A DNA stretch of 32,000 nt from Gammaproteobacteria bacterium (GTDB lineage: Bacteria; Gemmatimonadota; Gemmatimonadetes; Longimicrobiales; Gaopeijiaceae): contig VXNP01000060.1 of NCBI GenBank assembly GCA_009840525.1, positions 2,683 to 34,682 of the forward strand, given 5' to 3'. The translations under genes and the position numbers were made by a program. Below are positions 8,259 through 17,800 of the stretch, in pieces (within the stretch, counting starts at the first letter, position 1; the number at the start of each line of letters is the position of its first letter). Below the pieces are notes generated by a model, which saw only the letters and a program-made list of their open reading frames with translations, had not been told where the DNA came from and made no database searches.

Positions 8259-10796
8259 ATGAACCCGCACAGCCGCCCCCGACCTTCGACCTGGATACCG
8301 GCGATCGGCCTGTTTCTGACGCAGTTCTGCCTGATATCGCCGCTTTTCGCCCAGGATTCCGGCGACGGACTCGACATCGACCGGGGATACATCCTCCCCG
8401 ACCAGGCCATCCAGGACCTCTTCGCGACGGATCCGAACTACGCCACCCTGAACCACGTCAGCCCCGACGGCGACCACTTCGTCATTCCGCTTTCGACCGA
8501 GCTGTCGACGCTCGAGGAGGTCGGCGAGGAGACCCTGCGCCTGGCCATGCTCGAACTCCGGGCCGCCACCGACCGGCCCTGGCACCTCGACATCTACGGG
8601 CTCTACGGGTTCCGCTTCTATTCGCTGAGCGAGCGCTCGTTTACGGATTTGGAACTGCCCGACGGGATCTACGTGAGCGACCTGATGTGGTCTCCGGAAG
8701 GTGACCGGCTGGCGTTCCTCGCGCACCTGGAGGCACGGACCGAGGTCTGGGTCGCGTCGGCCGAGGACGGCAGCGTGACCGCGGCGGGCGACGCGCGCGT
8801 GATCGCCAGCCTGGGCACCTCGTCGGGGGGCCAGGGATCGGCGCCGTCCCGGATGCTCCAGTGGACGCCCGCGGGGTCGATCGTCACCCTTGCGGAGCCA
8901 GGGGACCGCGGCGCCGCACCTCCCACGCCCTCTCTGCCCGACGGGCCCACCATCCGGCACACCCGCTCGGCGGCCACGCCCACGCGCACGATGCCGTTCC
9001 TGCTGGAGGGCGATCACGACTCCGACCTGTTCGAGTACTACACGCGCAGTCAGATCGTCGAGCTGGTGCCCGGCCGGACTCCCCGCCCGATCGGGGACGC
9101 GGGGATGTACGAATCGGTCTCGCTCAGCCCCGACGGACGCCACCTGATCGCCACCCGCATCGAGCGGCCCTTCTCCTTCATCGCCAGCTACACCGGCTTC
9201 CCGCGCGTGACCGAGGTACTGGACGTCGAGAGCGGCGATGTGCTGGCGACCCTCGAGGAGCGCGACCTGCGGGAAGGCCGCGGTGGCGGCCCGAGCAGTG
9301 GCCCGCGCGACTGGCAGTGGCGCCCGGACGGGGCCGGTGTCGCGTACCTGCATCGCGCCGCCCCCGACGATGACGCCGGCTCGGACGCGCCGCGTCCCGA
9401 CCGCATCATGCTGCTGCGCGCCCCCTTCGGCGACGGCGACGAGGAAGAGGTGGCGTCGAGCGACGACCCGATCAGCGAGGTGACGTACTCGCTGGACGGC
9501 CGCCACGCCTTCGCCTCGGTGCGCCGGGACGGGGAGAACGCGCTTGCCCACTTCGCACTGGACGACGGGTCCCAGGGCAACATCATCGTGCCCTTCCACG
9601 ATCCCGCCGACGCGGTCTCGCTCCCCGGCGACCTGCTCACCGCGCGCACCGCCAACGGGCTCGACCATGCCTGGGTGTCCTCCGACGGCGAGAGCGCCTA
9701 CCTGCGCGGCGGCGGGTTGAAAGAGGACTTCCGCCCCCAACCCTTCGTCGACCGGGTCTCCCTTGCCGACGGATCCACCGAGCGGCTCTTCGAAGGCTCG
9801 CGCGACAGCTTCGACCGGCCGCTGGTCCCGCTGGACCCCGACCTCGAGCGCATGATCGTGAGCCGCGAGGGCAGGAACACCTTCCCCGACAGCTATCTCT
9901 GGACGGGGGGCGGCGAGATGGAGAATCTGACCCGCAACGTGGACCCCTTCCCCCAGCTCACCGCCGCGCGCCGCATCGACTTCGAGTTCACGCGCCGCGA
10001 CGGCCTCGAGATCCAGGGCCGGGTTTCGCTCCCCATCGACTATGTCGAGGGCACCAGGGTGCCGGCCATCTTCTGGACCTATCCGCGCGAGTACAGGAGC
10101 GAGGAGGCCTTCAACAACGCCACCATCCGCGCGCGCAACCACAACGCGTACACCCGCCTGACCTGGCTCCGCTGGTCCGACCTATGGCTGACCCAGGGAT
10201 ACGCGCTCGTATATCCGGATATTCCCATCGTAGGCGAGAACTATAATGACTACTATATATCAAATATGGTAGACGCGATGTACGCGGCGATGCGCGCGGT
10301 GGATGGCCTCGGGGTGATCGACATGGACCGGATCGGACACGGCGGCCACAGCTACGGGGCCTTCGCGACCGCCAACTTCCTGGCCCACACCCCCTTCTTC
10401 AGCGCGGGCATCGCCGGCGACGGCGCCTACAACCGCTCGCTCACGCCGATGGGCTTCCAGGCCGAGCCGCGCGACATCTGGGAGGCGCCCCACGTCTACA
10501 TGGAGATGTCGCCGTTCTTCAAGGCGGACCAGATCAACACGCCGCTCCTCCTCTACCACGGGGCGGACGACAACAACTCGGGCACCTATCCCATCCAGTC
10601 GCGGCGCATGATCCAGGCGCTCACCGGGCTGGGGAAGACGGCGGCGCTCTTCGAGTATCCGTTCGAGTCGCACACCCCGCGCGCCATCGAGAACAACCTC
10701 GATATGTGGGCGCGCTGGGTCGACTGGTTCGACACGTACGTGAAAGGCGAGGGAGCGGAGACGCGGCCGGTGTCGGAAGGAGGATCGACGCGCTAG
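8259..10796 (+). CDS. Secreted S9 (prolyl-oligopeptidase family) serine peptidase with N-terminal beta-propeller region
   Basis: In track ORF 8178..10796 I prefer the ATG at 8259, with AGGAG at 8248-8252. Signal peptide: WIPAIGLFLTQFCLISPLFAQD. Nucleophile elbow GHGGHSYGAF (Ser codon at 10350). The C-terminal hydrolase blocks PLLLYHGADDNN and FESHTP supply the Asp and His. Confidence 0.85.
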   Translation: MNPHSRPRPSTWIPAIGLFLTQFCLISPLFAQDSGDGLDIDRGYILPDQAIQDLFATDPNYATLNHVSPDGDHFVIPLSTELSTLEEVGEETLRLAMLELRAATDRPWHLDIYGLYGFRFYSLSERSFTDLELPDGIYVSDLMWSPEGDRLAFLAHLEARTEVWVASAEDGSVTAAGDARVIASLGTSSGGQGSAPSRMLQWTPAGSIVTLAEPGDRGAAPPTPSLPDGPTIRHTRSAATPTRTMPFLLEGDHDSDLFEYYTRSQIVELVPGRTPRPIGDAGMYESVSLSPDGRHLIATRIERPFSFIASYTGFPRVTEVLDVESGDVLATLEERDLREGRGGGPSSGPRDWQWRPDGAGVAYLHRAAPDDDAGSDAPRPDRIMLLRAPFGDGDEEEVASSDDPISEVTYSLDGRHAFASVRRDGENALAHFALDDGSQGNIIVPFHDPADAVSLPGDLLTARTANGLDHAWVSSDGESAYLRGGGLKEDFRPQPFVDRVSLADGSTERLFEGSRDSFDRPLVPLDPDLERMIVSREGRNTFPDSYLWTGGGEMENLTRNVDPFPQLTAARRIDFEFTRRDGLEIQGRVSLPIDYVEGTRVPAIFWTYPREYRSEEAFNNATIRARNHNAYTRLTWLRWSDLWLTQGYALVYPDIPIVGENYNDYYISNMVDAMYAAMRAVDGLGVIDMDRIGHGGHSYGAFATANFLAHTPFFSAGIAGDGAYNRSLTPMGFQAEPRDIWEAPHVYMEMSPFFKADQINTPLLLYHGADDNNSGTYPIQSRRMIQALTGLGKTAALFEYPFESHTPRAIENNLDMWARWVDWFDTYVKGEGAETRPVSEGGSTR

Positions 10797-10914
10797 TCAC
10801 ATCGCGGCCATGACCGCGGCCGAAGCTGGACCATCTGCCGCGGCCCGAGCCCGGGCATCGCCCGCGGCGGCCACCAACAAACCGGCAGGGATTTGGGGGA
10901 GGAGGAGATACCGC

Positions 10915-12675
10915 ATGGCATCGCACGAAGGCGGGTCCGGGTCCACCGTTCGCTACCAGCCCGACGAGAGTCCGCCGTGGCCGCTGGCGATCGGGCTGGC
11001 GCTCCAGTACAGCATCCTGGCGCTCGGGGGCGTCGTTCTCACCGTCGCCATCGTGCTTCGGAGCGCCGAGAGCAGTGACGCGTACCTCGCCTGGGGCGCG
11101 TTCGGCGCGCTCATGGTGAGCGGCCTGACCAGCATCGTCCAGGTCATCCGGCTGGGACGCCTGGGGTCGGGATACGTCCTCATCATGGGCACTTCGGGCG
11201 CCTTCATCGCCGTCTCGGTGGCCGCGCTGGTGCAGGGGGGCCCTGCCCTGCTGACGACGCTCGTGATCGCCTCGTCGCTCTTCCAGTTCCTCCTCGCCGG
11301 GCGCCTCTCCATTCTGCGCCGCATCATCACGCCGACGGTCGCCGGGACCGTGATCATGCTGATCGCCGTCAACGTGATGCCCTTCCTGTTCGATTTTCAG
11401 GACAACGCCCCGCCCGGCGCCTCACCCTTTGCGGCGCCCGTCACCGTCCTGGCCACCCTCGCCGTAACCCTCGCAGTGATGCTCAAGTTCACCGGGCCGG
11501 TCCGCCTCTGGGGGCCGATCATCGGCATCGCGGCCGGGTGCGTGGCCGCCGCCTCGTTCGATCTGATCGATACCACCGCGCTCGCGCAGGCCGCGTGGGT
11601 GGGCGTGCCCGCTGCCGGCTGGCCGGGGCTGGGTTTCGATTTCAGCGCCGCCTTCTGGGCGATCCTCCCCGGCTACACCTTCGTCACCCTCGTGGGCGCG
11701 ATCGAAACCGTGGGCGACGCGGTGGCGATCCAGCGGGTGTCGTGGCGGGAACCGCAGGCCACGGACTACCGCGCGGTCCAGGGAGCGGTGGCCGCCGATG
11801 GCCTGGGGAACCTGCTTTCCGGACTCTTCGCAACCGTCCCCAACACCACCTACTCGAGCAGCGTCTCCATCGTCGAGATCACGGGGATCGCGGCACGGCG
11901 GGTGGGCATCTGCATCGGATTGATCTTCTGCGCACTGGCCTTCCTTCCGAAGCTGACGGCACTGCTGCTCATCATCCCCGATCCCGTGATCGGCGCCTAC
12001 GCCATGGTGATCATCGCCGTGCTGTTCGTGCTGGGGACCCGGATCGTCCTCCAGGACGGCATGGATTACCGCAAGGCCACGATCGTGGGGGTGTCGTTCT
12101 GGGTCGGGGTCGGGTGCCAGAGCGGCGAGATCTCGACGGCGGCGCTGAACCCCTTCCTGCAGCAACTGCTCGGCAACGGCATGACGGCGGGAGGGCTGAC
12201 GGCGCTCGTGCTGACGGCGTTCATGGAGCTGACCGGGCCGAGGCGCGTGCGCATGCAGACGACGCTCGATGTGCAGTCGCTGCCGAAGATCCAGGAGTTC
12301 CTGGAGAGCTTCGCCAGCCGCAAGCGCCTCGGGGCCGAGACCGGGCTCCGGCTCGGGCACGCCGCCGAGGAAACGCTGCTGCTGCTCATCGAGCAGGGCG
12401 AGGGCGAGCCGTCGGCCGGACAACGGCGCCTGAGGCTGACGGCGCGCACCGATTCGGGCGGGGTCGAGATGGAGTTTCTGGCCGCCAGCGGCGAGGGCAA
12501 CATCGAGGACCGCATGGCCGTGCTCGGCGGGCGCGCCGCCGAGGAGCCCGGGGAGCACGAGATCTCGCTGCGGCTCCTTCGCCACCTCGCGACATCGGTG
12601 CACCACCACAAGTACGAGGATGCCGACATCGTGACGGTGCGGGTGGACGCCGCTCCGGCCCGGGCCGGGGCGTAG
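10915..12675 (+). CDS. NCS2 (xanthine/uracil/nucleobase:cation symporter) family permease with ~145-aa extra cytoplasmic C-terminal domain
   Basis: In track ORF 10810..12675 I prefer the ATG at 10915, preceded by GGAGGAGG. NCS2-like blocks present: LALQYSILALGG, FVTLVGAIETVGD and ADGLGNLLSGLFATVPNTTYSSSVS. The soluble tail starts near 12235. Confidence 0.8.
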   Translation: MASHEGGSGSTVRYQPDESPPWPLAIGLALQYSILALGGVVLTVAIVLRSAESSDAYLAWGAFGALMVSGLTSIVQVIRLGRLGSGYVLIMGTSGAFIAVSVAALVQGGPALLTTLVIASSLFQFLLAGRLSILRRIITPTVAGTVIMLIAVNVMPFLFDFQDNAPPGASPFAAPVTVLATLAVTLAVMLKFTGPVRLWGPIIGIAAGCVAAASFDLIDTTALAQAAWVGVPAAGWPGLGFDFSAAFWAILPGYTFVTLVGAIETVGDAVAIQRVSWREPQATDYRAVQGAVAADGLGNLLSGLFATVPNTTYSSSVSIVEITGIAARRVGICIGLIFCALAFLPKLTALLLIIPDPVIGAYAMVIIAVLFVLGTRIVLQDGMDYRKATIVGVSFWVGVGCQSGEISTAALNPFLQQLLGNGMTAGGLTALVLTAFMELTGPRRVRMQTTLDVQSLPKIQEFLESFASRKRLGAETGLRLGHAAEETLLLLIEQGEGEPSAGQRRLRLTARTDSGGVEMEFLAASGEGNIEDRMAVLGGRAAEEPGEHEISLRLLRHLATSVHHHKYEDADIVTVRVDAAPARAGA

Positions 12676-12733
12676 CCGTCGCTTCAGGCCTTGCGCCGCC
12701 GAAGGCTCGCGCCGGACCCACGCTGGGCGAGGT

Positions 12734-13570
12734 TCAGCGCATCCTGATGGCCGCCCCCACGCCCGCAAAGAAGTCTTCGGCGGCATCGTTCAGCCCGACG
12801 CCGACCCGGACATCCCATTGCGAATCGTCGGCTGTGAGCCAGGTCAGGCCCGCGTTGAAGTAGTGTTCCTGCGGGGCATCGGCCCCCGTGGGGAAGAACG
12901 CGTACCATTCGCCGTACACGCCCCCGCGCGTCCCGACGCCGGCGCCCGCGACCGCCGACTGGGCCCACTCCGGGTAGCTGTCCTCGCCATCCGCGACGGC
13001 CAGGTTGACCTGCGTGCTGCCCGCCAGGGAGAGTCCTCCGGGCGCCTCCCAACTGTAGACGAGATTCACGCCCGGCAGCGCGCGTCCGCCGGAGAACAGC
13101 GTGCTGCCCGTGGGCAGGGTCATCTGCGGCAGGACCGCGAGCGCCGGAAGGCGACCCGTCTGCCGGGTGAGTTCGACCTTGGCCCCCAGGTAGAGGTCCT
13201 CGATCCCGCTGTCGCTGGCTCCGCTGCCCGCGGAGCTCACGCGGGTCACCGGGCTGGCCGCCACCCGGAGTTCGAGCCAGTCCGCCGCAACCCCCGCGCG
13301 CAGCAGCAGTTCGCCCAGCGTATGCGTCTGGACCGAATTGCCGTCGGACCAGTCTCCGCCGAACGTGTAACCGAACTCGATCTGGAGAACGCCCCGGCCC
13401 ACGGCGGATGCCGCTTCCGTGAAATCGGGGCGATCGGCAGTCAGGGGACGGGACGCCGGGGCAGCCGGTGCCCCCACGGGCTCCTGCGCGGACCCATTCA
13501 TCGGGCGCCCGAGCATCGTGCCGACCGCCAGGGCGGCGAGCAGAACGCCCGGAGCCGGTCGAGTCGTCAT
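12734..13570 (-). CDS. Outer-membrane beta-barrel, MetA-pathway/phenol-degradation-like transporter family
   Basis: In track ORF 12734..13672 I prefer the ATG at 13570, which gives the signal MTTRPAPGVLLAALAVGTML. Family-typical TADRPDFTEAAS motif. Alternating beta-strand pattern. Aromatic-rich C-terminal region (DFFAGVGAAIRMR). Confidence 0.6.
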   Translation of the reverse strand: MTTRPAPGVLLAALAVGTMLGRPMNGSAQEPVGAPAAPASRPLTADRPDFTEAASAVGRGVLQIEFGYTFGGDWSDGNSVQTHTLGELLLRAGVAADWLELRVAASPVTRVSSAGSGASDSGIEDLYLGAKVELTRQTGRLPALAVLPQMTLPTGSTLFSGGRALPGVNLVYSWEAPGGLSLAGSTQVNLAVADGEDSYPEWAQSAVAGAGVGTRGGVYGEWYAFFPTGADAPQEHYFNAGLTWLTADDSQWDVRVGVGLNDAAEDFFAGVGAAIRMR

Positions 13571-13822
13571 CTCCAGCAGCTCTCCCAGGTAGTTGGGACA
13601 CGAAACGTACCGGAACGCGCCCCCTCCTGGAACCAGAGGGCTGGCGGCTGGTTTGGGGGCAGTAGCCGACATGAAGCGGCGACCCCTGTTGCCGCCCCTT
13701 GCGCCGCCTGCCCATCGCTATCGCCGTCCCCCTTGCCTGAAGGCACCGTGTACCTTCACCTTGATTCGCGCCAAACAACCGTTGCGGACGACTTTAACGC
13801 CAGTGCCTCTCCAGGACCTGCC

Positions 13823-14866
13823 ATGCCTCTGCGTCGACTATCCGATGGACTGAAGGCCGCGTTCGGCGAAACGAACGTCAGCCGTCGCGTGCGGGATTTC
13901 GAAGGATGGACGGACAGAGCGTTCGGCGCGGATGGCGGCGCAGCCGACTACGACCACACCCGGACCGTAACGGAGTACTACGACCTTTGCAACGAATTGA
14001 TGGTCTTCCACTGGGGAGAATCCCTGCACTTCGCGCCGCTGTCGCCCGACGAGAGCCTGAAGGACTCAAAGATTCGGCACCAGCGGCAGATGATCGCCAA
14101 GCTGGAACTGCGTGAAGGCATGACGGTGGCCGACATCGGTTGCGGCGTCGGGGGTCCAATGCGCCGCGTCGCCCGCGAGGCCGGGGTCCGGGTATTGGGA
14201 ATCAACAGCAATGAAGTCCAACTGAGCAGGGCCAGGTCGCTGAATGCCGAGGCGGGGCTCGATCACCTGGTTGACTGCCTCGCTTGCAGCTTCATGAATA
14301 TGAGCTCCATCGCAGACGCCACCTTCGACCGGGGCTACGCGATCGAATCGACCTGCCATGCTCCCGACAAGGCGGGCGCGTTTGCCGAAATCCACCGTAT
14401 CCTCAAGCCCGGAGCCCTTTTCTGGGGCCAGGAAATGTGCATGACGGATATGTACAATCCCGACGACGATCGCCACCGGGCCATCAAGCGGGAACTGATG
14501 CACGGCATCGCGCTTCAGGACATTGCAACGTTCGGTGAGGTAGACCGGGCCCTCGAAGCCGCGGGATTCGAGGTCCTCGAGGCGACAGACCTCGCTGTCG
14601 ACGAGACCGGTCCGGCGACGCCGTGGTATCGGCCCCTGGAAACCCGGCACGGATGGCTCGGCACCGCTCTCTTCCGGACTCCCATGGGCCGCAAGGTGTT
14701 TTCCTGGGGAACCCGGCTGGCCGAGCTTCTGCGGGTGTTCCCAAAGGGATCGGCGGAGGTTGCCAAACTCATGGATCGGACTGCAGACGCCTATGTCGAC
14801 GGCGGCAGGACCGGGATCTTCACGCCGCTCTACTGCTTCCTGGCGCGCAAGCCTCTTCAGGGCTAG
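13823..14866 (+). CDS. Sterol C-24-methyltransferase (ERG6/SMT1)-type SAM-dependent methyltransferase homologue
   Basis: This is the C-terminal 347 codons of track ORF 12818..14866, from the ATG at 13823. Several blocks align by eye with yeast Erg6. YYDLCNELMVFHWGESLHFAP matches YYDL..YEYGWG.SFHF. VADIGCGVGGPMRRVA is the SAM motif I. YAIESTCHAPDKAGAFAEIHRILKPG matches YAIEATCHAP. The Sterol_MT_C-like tail is PWYRPL...GIFTPLYCFLARKP. The upstream part of the track ORF is antisense to the barrel gene. Confidence 0.85.
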   Translation: MPLRRLSDGLKAAFGETNVSRRVRDFEGWTDRAFGADGGAADYDHTRTVTEYYDLCNELMVFHWGESLHFAPLSPDESLKDSKIRHQRQMIAKLELREGMTVADIGCGVGGPMRRVAREAGVRVLGINSNEVQLSRARSLNAEAGLDHLVDCLACSFMNMSSIADATFDRGYAIESTCHAPDKAGAFAEIHRILKPGALFWGQEMCMTDMYNPDDDRHRAIKRELMHGIALQDIATFGEVDRALEAAGFEVLEATDLAVDETGPATPWYRPLETRHGWLGTALFRTPMGRKVFSWGTRLAELLRVFPKGSAEVAKLMDRTADAYVDGGRTGIFTPLYCFLARKPLQG

Positions 14867-17800
14867 GAGCCCCGGGTGGTCAAGTGCAGGCGCAGCGAGG
14901 AAAGCGCGGGCACCAGGAACATCAGGATGGCCGTGGTGAAGAGGATGCCGCACCCGATCGAGGCGGAGAAGGGGACGAAGAACTGCGCCTGAATGGCGTC
15001 TTCGAGAATCAGCGGCGTAAAGCCGAGGAAGGTGGTGAGCGAAGTCAGCATGATCGGGCGAAAACGGCCCTTGGCCCCCTCGATGATCGCCTCGCGCGCC
15101 GGAAGGCCCTCCTCAAGTTCCTGATCGATGAAGTCCATCATGACCAGGGAATCGTTCACCACCACGCCGGCCAGGCCGAATATCCCGACAAAGGACTCCG
15201 CGCTCACCGCCACTCCCAGGATCCAGTGGCCCAGGATCACGCCGACGAACCCGAACGGGATGATGGCCATGATGATGAACGGCTTGGTATAGGAACGCAG
15301 CGGAATGGCCAGCAGCGCGAAGATAATCAGCAACGCTATCGCGAAGCCGCGGTAGAGCGCACCCAGAGAGTCGATCTGCTGCTGTTGTTCGCCACCAAAG
15401 GCGTAGGTCAGGTCAGGCTCCGTATCGACCAGTCCCGCGAGGATGGTGTTCTCCAGAATGCCATTGGCTTCCCCGGCGGAAATCACACTTGCGTCTACAT
15501 CGGCAGTGACCGTGGCGACGCGTTGGCCGTCCTGGCGACGGATGGCCGGCGGCGACATGGCCGCGCTCAGTGAAGCCACGCGGCTCACCGGCACCTCGGC
15601 GCCGGTTGCCGTACGGACGAGGTAGCTCTCGATGTCGGTGATCGAGTTGCGCTGCTCCTCGGGCAGCCGGACGTAGACCCGGACTTCGTCGCGTCCCCGC
15701 TGCACCCGCAGGGCCTCCGCGCCAAAGAAGGCGGCTCTCGTCTGCCGGGCAAGCGCGTCGAGCGTGAGGCCGAGGGTTCGTGCTTCGGGCAGCAATCCCA
15801 ACTGGACTTCCGGGATGCCGGGCGTGTGGTCCGAGCGAATGTCGAAGACACCCCCCACTCGACGGAGCTCATCGACCACGGACGATGCAATCGTAACCAG
15901 GCGCTCCGGATCCGGATGGGACAGCACGGCTTCCACCGGGTTGCCCAGCGTGTAGATCTCGCTCATGAAGGTGATCCCGCGCACATGGGGCAGGATGCCC
16001 ACCTCCTCACGCCAGGCCTGCATGACTTCTCCCGACGTGATGCGCCGCTGCTGCGCCGGCAGGAGCTTGAACTCGATGGTGGCGATGTTGGCTTCGGGGT
16101 TCAGCGTGGGCGAGGGGTTGAGACCTCCGGTCTCGATCCGCGACCGCTGGCCGACGACAACCGTAACGCCGGACAGAAGCGGAGACGCATCTTCGGGCCG
16201 GCCCTCGGAAAGACGCTGGATGACCCGGTGACCGGCCGCCTCCAGTTCCCGTGCCACCGCATCCGTCTGCTGCGCGGTGGTTCCGTCCGGCATCTGAAGG
16301 GTGGCGGTTACGAAGTCCCCCTCGACCTCGGTCGCGAAGGTGGTCGGTACGATGCCGGCCGGCAGCAGGGAAACGGTGAGTATGAAGAGAGCGACGGCTG
16401 CGGAGAGCGTCACGCCGGGTCGATCGGTCGCGAACCGCATCCCGTGATCCAGGGGGCCCTGTATGAAACTGTTCAGCAGGGAGTCGACCCGACCCTGGAT
16501 GCGGCCGACGAACCGCTCCGCGCCGGTGCGGGGCGCCCAGTCCGGACCGTGCAGATGGTGCGACAGGTGGTTGGGCAGCACCAGCAGCGATTCGATCAGC
16601 GAGATCACCAGCATGGCGATGACGATGATGGGCAGCGCCTTCCAGACTTCTCCGAACCCCGCGGGAATGAAGAGCAGGGGAACGAACGCAACGATGGTGG
16701 TGAGCACCGCGAAGATCAGCGGCACCTTGATCCGCCGCGCACCGCGGATGGCGGCGACAGTGCCCGGCGTCCCTCGCATTCGTTCCAGATGAATATGTTC
16801 GGCGACGACGATCGCATCGTCCACGATGATTCCGATGGCGAGTACGAACGAGAAGAGCGAGACAGCGTGGATCGGGATGTCGAACACCATCATGGCGGCC
16901 AGGGCGCCGATCCCCGCAACGCCAAGGCCGACGGCTACCCAGAAGGCCAGCCGGACTTCCAGAAACAGGCCCAGCGCGATCAACACCAGCAGCAGCCCCA
17001 GAGCCCCGTTCTTGAGGAGGAGGGCGCCACGCTCCGAGAACGCCGTGGAATCGTCGTTCCAGATGGTCACGCCCACGCCGCCGGGGAGTGAAGGCACCAC
17101 CTCGTTCGCCACATGCTCCTTGACGGCACGGGCCACGCTCATGACCCTTTCGCCCTCCGCCCGGGATACCTCGACGAAGACGGCGGGCCGGCCCTGATGC
17201 CGCACGATCAGATCGGAGTCCTGGAAACCGTCGCGCACCTCGGCGACGTCACCCAGACGCACGACCGTGCCGTCGTCCCGGCTGAGGAGAACGATTTCCT
17301 CGAAATCCTGTTGGTCGTAGCTCTGGCCAAGTGTGCGCACCCGCACCTGGGACTCCCGGGTATCGATGCTCCCCGCGGACAGGTCCAGTGAGTTACTGCG
17401 AATCGTGTTCGCGATGTCGGTCAGGGTCAGGCCGAGAGCCCTGAGACGCTGCAGCGGCACCTCGATCGAAACCTCGTAGTTGCGCACTCCGCTGGTCACG
17501 ACCTGGGAGACGGAGGGAAGCGCAGCGAGTTCGTCTTCGATCCGGTACGCGAGTTCCTTCAGCGAGCGCTCGGGAACGTCGCCGTAGACGATCAGCCGAA
17601 TCATGCTCTGGGCGTTGGTCATCTCGCGTATCTGGGGCCGCTCGGCTCCGCCCGGAAACGTCTGAATACGCCCGACCGCCGACTCGATCTCGTCCTTCTT
17701 GGCGCCCATGTCCGTGCCGGAGTTGACTTCAACCCTGACGGACGCCATCCCCGGGGCGGCTATGGACCTGACCGCCTTCACATCGGCGAGTCCCCTGACC

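Noticed and set aside
10200-10270. Strikingly AT-rich patch (tatatccggatattcc...actactatatatcaaatatgg) inside a GC-rich gene
   Set aside because: It stays in the S9 peptidase frame and encodes a sensible Tyr/Asn/Ile-rich segment (YPDIPIVGENYNDYYISNMVDAMY). This is amino-acid-driven composition, not an insertion or a regulatory element.
12676-12733. Possible bidirectional terminator between the convergent NCS2 and barrel genes (GCCTT-gcgccgccg-AAGGC)
   Set aside because: The stem is only 5 bp and there is no U-tract on either strand. That is too weak to call.
12818-13822. N-terminal 335 codons of track ORF 12818..14866 (would give a 682-aa methyltransferase)
   Set aside because: This part is antisense to the outer-membrane barrel gene and has no motifs. 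Homology to ERG6-type enzymes begins shortly after the internal ATG at 13823.
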